DNA from: Psychrilyobacter sp.
GTDB taxonomy: Bacteria > Fusobacteriota > Fusobacteriia > Fusobacteriales > Fusobacteriaceae
Direction of reading: 5' to 3'
DNA length: 64,000 bases
Assembly: GCF_037132775.1 (NCBI RefSeq)
Contig: NZ_JBAHZY010000140.1
Span: 37,384-101,383, forward strand
The notes under the pieces are model-generated. The model saw nothing but the letters and a program-made list of their open reading frames with translations. It searched no databases and was not told where the DNA came from. The position numbers and the translations under genes were made by a program. Every line of letters starts with the position of its first letter. Position 1 is the stretch's first letter. Shown here in pieces: positions 60,576 through 64,000 of this stretch.

Positions 60576-61895
60576 ATGAAGGAAAATTTAATCCCTAAAA
60601 AAATTGTAGAAGAATTAAATAAATATATAATTTCTCAAAAAGATGCAAAAAAAAATGTGGCTATTTCACTCAGAAATAGATATAGAAGGAAACAAATTTC
60701 AAATATGAAGTTAAAAAATGAAATTACTCCTAAAAACATAATTTTAATAGGACCTACAGGCGTTGGTAAAACTGAGATTGCCAGAAGATTAGCAACTATT
60801 ACAGATTCCCCGTTTATCAAAGTAGAAACTACTAAATATACCGAAGTAGGCTATGTAGGAAAAGATGTAGAATCTATGATAAAGGATCTTGTTTCCATCA
60901 CCTTTAATAAATTAAAATCTAAAAAGATAGAAACATTGAGAGAAAAATATAAGGAATCCACCTTCCTTAAAGTAGCTAAGCTTATAAAACCTTATGGTAC
61001 GATCAATCCTGATGAAAAAGATATCTTGTTAGAAGAGATAAAATCTGGAAAATATGACGATCAGGAAATCGAGGTTGAAAAACACCAAAATTCTGATGCT
61101 CCAATGGTTGAAGTTTTTGCCACGGGAAATGAACCTGATGAAGATGGTGTAAAGGGTATTATCGATAATATTATGAGTTCTTTTCCCGTCGGAAAGAAAA
61201 AAATAGTTAAGATGAGTGTCAAAAATGCCATTGAATATCTTTTACGAACTGAGATCGAACAAAATATAGATCTGGAAGAATTAAAACCCTTAGCTGTGGA
61301 AAGCGTCGAGGAAGATGGAATAGTCTTTATAGATGAGATTGATAAGATTGCAGAAAGGGAAGGTAGTAGCAGTGAGATCTCACGTCAAGGTGTTCAAAGG
61401 GATATCCTACCAATAATTGAAGGCACCACTGTTATGACAAAATACGGTTCTGTTCGAACCGAACATATTTTATTTATTGCAGCCGGAGCTTTTACCCAGT
61501 CCAGCCCCAGTGATTTAATGCCTGAGTTACAGGGAAGATTTCCTATCAAAGTAAGGTTGAATACTTTAAGTAAAGATGATTTCGTGAAGATTTTGACCGA
61601 GATAGACTTTAACTTATTGACTCAATATAAAGAACTATTAAAGACCGATAAGGTCAACCTAAGTTTTACCCAAGGTGCCATAGATGAAATAGCAGAGATA
61701 GCTATTGATCTCAATGAAGAAATAGAAAACATAGGTGCTAGAAGGTTAGCCGGTGTTATTGAAAAGGTCTTAAACGATATAATGTTTGAAGCTCCATACG
61801 AAAAACAAACCACTATAAAGATAGGAAAAAAAGATGTTACTAAAATATTTAGTCATGATCTTGTAGAGGAAAACTTGGATAATTATATCCTATAA
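60576..61895 (+). CDS. hslU: ATP-dependent protease ATPase subunit HslU
   Basis: GPTGVGKTEIARRLA, TEVGYVG, FIDEIDK, GVQRDILP, PELQGRFP, NIGARRL, C-terminal YIL. Confidence 0.97.
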   Translation: MKENLIPKKIVEELNKYIISQKDAKKNVAISLRNRYRRKQISNMKLKNEITPKNIILIGPTGVGKTEIARRLATITDSPFIKVETTKYTEVGYVGKDVESMIKDLVSITFNKLKSKKIETLREKYKESTFLKVAKLIKPYGTINPDEKDILLEEIKSGKYDDQEIEVEKHQNSDAPMVEVFATGNEPDEDGVKGIIDNIMSSFPVGKKKIVKMSVKNAIEYLLRTEIEQNIDLEELKPLAVESVEEDGIVFIDEIDKIAEREGSSSEISRQGVQRDILPIIEGTTVMTKYGSVRTEHILFIAAGAFTQSSPSDLMPELQGRFPIKVRLNTLSKDDFVKILTEIDFNLLTQYKELLKTDKVNLSFTQGAIDEIAEIAIDLNEEIENIGARRLAGVIEKVLNDIMFEAPYEKQTTIKIGKKDVTKIFSHDLVEENLDNYIL

Positions 61896-62019
61896 AATGA
61901 TTAAAAATTAAGATTGAAATACTTAAACATTGGTACTCATGTGAAAAAATCGTCACAAATTATACCATAAAAATAGATTTTAATCTGTACCTTAAATTAA
62001 AAAAGAAAAGTGAGGGAAT

Positions 62020-64000
62020 ATGTATTTAAAATGTGTAGAAATAGATGGATTTAAATCCTTTGCAGATAAGATAAAACTTGATTTTGATATGGGGATAACC
62101 TCTATCGTAGGACCTAATGGAAGTGGAAAATCTAATATCCTAGATGCTATCTTGTGGGTATTAGGAGAACAATCCTATAAAAATATAAGAGCTAAAGAGA
62201 GCAGTGACGTGATATTTTCCGGTGGAAAAAATAAAAAGCCCAGAAATACTGCTGTTGTCTCCCTCTATATAGATAACGAAGATAAAAAATTAGAGATAGA
62301 TGATGAAATCGTCAAAGTAACAAGAAAAATCAATAGAAAAAGTGAAAATGAATACTATATAAACGATCAGAGGTGCCGACTAAAAGATATCAATGAATTA
62401 TTTTTAGATACAGGTGTAGGGAAAAGTGCCTATTCTGTCATTGGACAGGGAAAGGTTGAAAAGATAGTCAGTGCCTCTAATAAAGAGATCAAAAGTATTA
62501 TCGAGGAAGCTGCAGGGATAAAAAAAATTAAACTTCGTAAGGACGAAGCTATAAAAAAACTTTCTAAAGTCGAGTTAGAAACCGACAAAATAAACCTTAT
62601 TGTCAATGAATTGCAAGAGACTAAGGATAAAATTGGAAAACAAGCTGAAAAAGCTATAAAATATAAGAAGCTCGATGATGAAGTAAATATTTTAAAAAAA
62701 TCTATCTATCTAAAAGAACATCAAATTAATCAAAAAATTGCAGATGAACTCTCTAAACAAAAACTCGACTCTAACCTTATCCTAAAGGAACTTGAAAAAA
62801 GTTTTATAGAAAATGAAGCTACTTTGGAAGAGATTGTTAATAAAAGAACTCTCCTCAGTGGTGACATCAATACACTGACCGATAAAAATATTGACCTAAA
62901 GAAAGATGTAGATAAATTAGTCAACTATAAAGTTTTATATGGGGAAAGGATCCAAGGATTCAACCGTGAGATCTCTAGTAAAAAAGAAACCCTAGAAAAT
63001 TTAGAGGGGAAACTAAAGGATCAAATCAGTGAACTAGATCGATTAAATTCTAAAAAAGAGGTCGTTTTAGAACAACTAAAAGATCTGGAAGGAGACAACC
63101 TAAAATATGAAAAACAAATAGGCGAATTCGAAACCTTCCAAAGGGATCTAGAGATAGAGATCGGGGTACAAAAAGAACACGTTATGGATTCTGAAGTAGG
63201 CAGATTAAAATTAATTGCTGAAATAGAAAACTCTGAAAAGAGAACCAAGAGCAGCACCAATAAGATCCGTGGATTAGATGAAGAAGCTATGGAATACAGC
63301 AAACAAATTGAAAAATTAATCACTGAATTAAATCTAATAGAAACTAAACAAAAAAATATTCAAATAGAGATAAAAAAAATAGATGATACCATAGAAGATG
63401 CTGAAAAACAAATAGGCAGTCTTAGTCAAAAGATGAACCTAATCTATGATAAGAGAAAAGAGGTAACTTATAACCTCAGCAGGCAGGGTGCAAAATTAGA
63501 AAATCTAAAAAAATTAGAAGCTAACAATGAAGGGTTTTTTAAAGGGGTTAAAGCTATTTTAAATGCTAATATTGATGGAGTCTACGGAGCTTTTATCAGT
63601 CTTATTGATATCCCAGAACACCTTGAAACTGCTATAGAATCGGCTGTCAGCGGTTCATTGCAGGATATCGTTGTAAAAGACAGTGGGGTAGCTAAAAAAT
63701 GTATTTCCTCCCTGAAACAATCAAATAGTGGCAGAGCTTCATTTTTAGCCTTTGATAGTATAAAAATAAGCAATTCAAAAAAGATGATATCACAAAATGG
63801 TGTCTTGGGATATGCCAGCGATTTGGTAGGCTACGATTCTATCTACAATAAACCCGTAGAATTTGTATTGGGAAATCTCTTGGTGGTTGATTCTACAGAT
63901 ATAGCCCTAAAAATATCCAAGGATAACCTCCATCGTGGGAATATCGTTACCCTAAGTGGAGAACTTATCTCTGGCAGGGGACGTATCACCGGTGGACAGC
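62020..64000 (+). CDS. smc: Chromosome segregation protein SMC (runs off the window; absent from ORF track)
   Basis: Manual translation MYLKCVEIDGFKSFAD...GITSIVGPNGSGKSNILDAI.WVLGEQS; IGQG Q-loop, EEAAG, coiled coil, hinge region. Confidence 0.97.
   Translation, partial: MYLKCVEIDGFKSFADKIKLDFDMGITSIVGPNGSGKSNILDAILWVLGEQSYKNIRAKESSDVIFSGGKNKKPRNTAVVSLYIDNEDKKLEIDDEIVKVTRKINRKSENEYYINDQRCRLKDINELFLDTGVGKSAYSVIGQGKVEKIVSASNKEIKSIIEEAAGIKKIKLRKDEAIKKLSKVELETDKINLIVNELQETKDKIGKQAEKAIKYKKLDDEVNILKKSIYLKEHQINQKIADELSKQKLDSNLILKELEKSFIENEATLEEIVNKRTLLSGDINTLTDKNIDLKKDVDKLVNYKVLYGERIQGFNREISSKKETLENLEGKLKDQISELDRLNSKKEVVLEQLKDLEGDNLKYEKQIGEFETFQRDLEIEIGVQKEHVMDSEVGRLKLIAEIENSEKRTKSSTNKIRGLDEEAMEYSKQIEKLITELNLIETKQKNIQIEIKKIDDTIEDAEKQIGSLSQKMNLIYDKRKEVTYNLSRQGAKLENLKKLEANNEGFFKGVKAILNANIDGVYGAFISLIDIPEHLETAIESAVSGSLQDIVVKDSGVAKKCISSLKQSNSGRASFLAFDSIKISNSKKMISQNGVLGYASDLVGYDSIYNKPVEFVLGNLLVVDSTDIALKISKDNLHRGNIVTLSGELISGRGRITGGQ

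Noticed and set aside
61940-61957. TGTGA-N8-TCACA palindrome upstream of smc as a Rex or CRP site
   Set aside because: Spacing is 8 rather than 6 nt; single instance

Overview
AT-rich (roughly 30% GC by eye) bacterial chromosomal window. Gene content and order point to an anaerobic diderm of the Fusobacteriota, possibly Psychrilyobacter/Ilyobacter-like; this is inference only. Most of it is housekeeping on the minus strand: groEL, two U32 genes, dnaB-rplI-dnaX, a TonB/ExbBD/TPR cluster, dnaN, a sigma-70, gpsA/plsY, rlmD, rsmH, rimO, accB, folD, rex, fmt/def, priA, a class B PBP, gatCAB, scpB, mreB, maf, folE. The plus strand carries an SDR-chr-chr-tsx operon, a peptide/nickel ABC transporter, hslU and the 5' part of smc. 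I saw no rRNA, tRNA, CRISPR array or intact mobile element. Five things stand out. (1) A complete polyprenol-linked glycosylation module (GtrA flippase, GT2 synthase, ArnT-like GT-C, PAP2 phosphatase) is interleaved with gatC/gatA, and its GT-C gene is out of frame exactly at a TA dinucleotide tract. (2) A decaying 3.4 kb accessory island between accB and rimO starts with the tail of a Type IIG restriction-modification gene and holds a frameshifted soluble + membrane two-gene candidate defence module. (3) A catalytically degenerate NtrC-like protein is coupled to a Ton-type motor and a 980 aa TPR protein. (4) A U32 paralogue pair in which one copy lost its Fe-S cysteines. (5) groEL and hslU lack their usual neighbouring partners.
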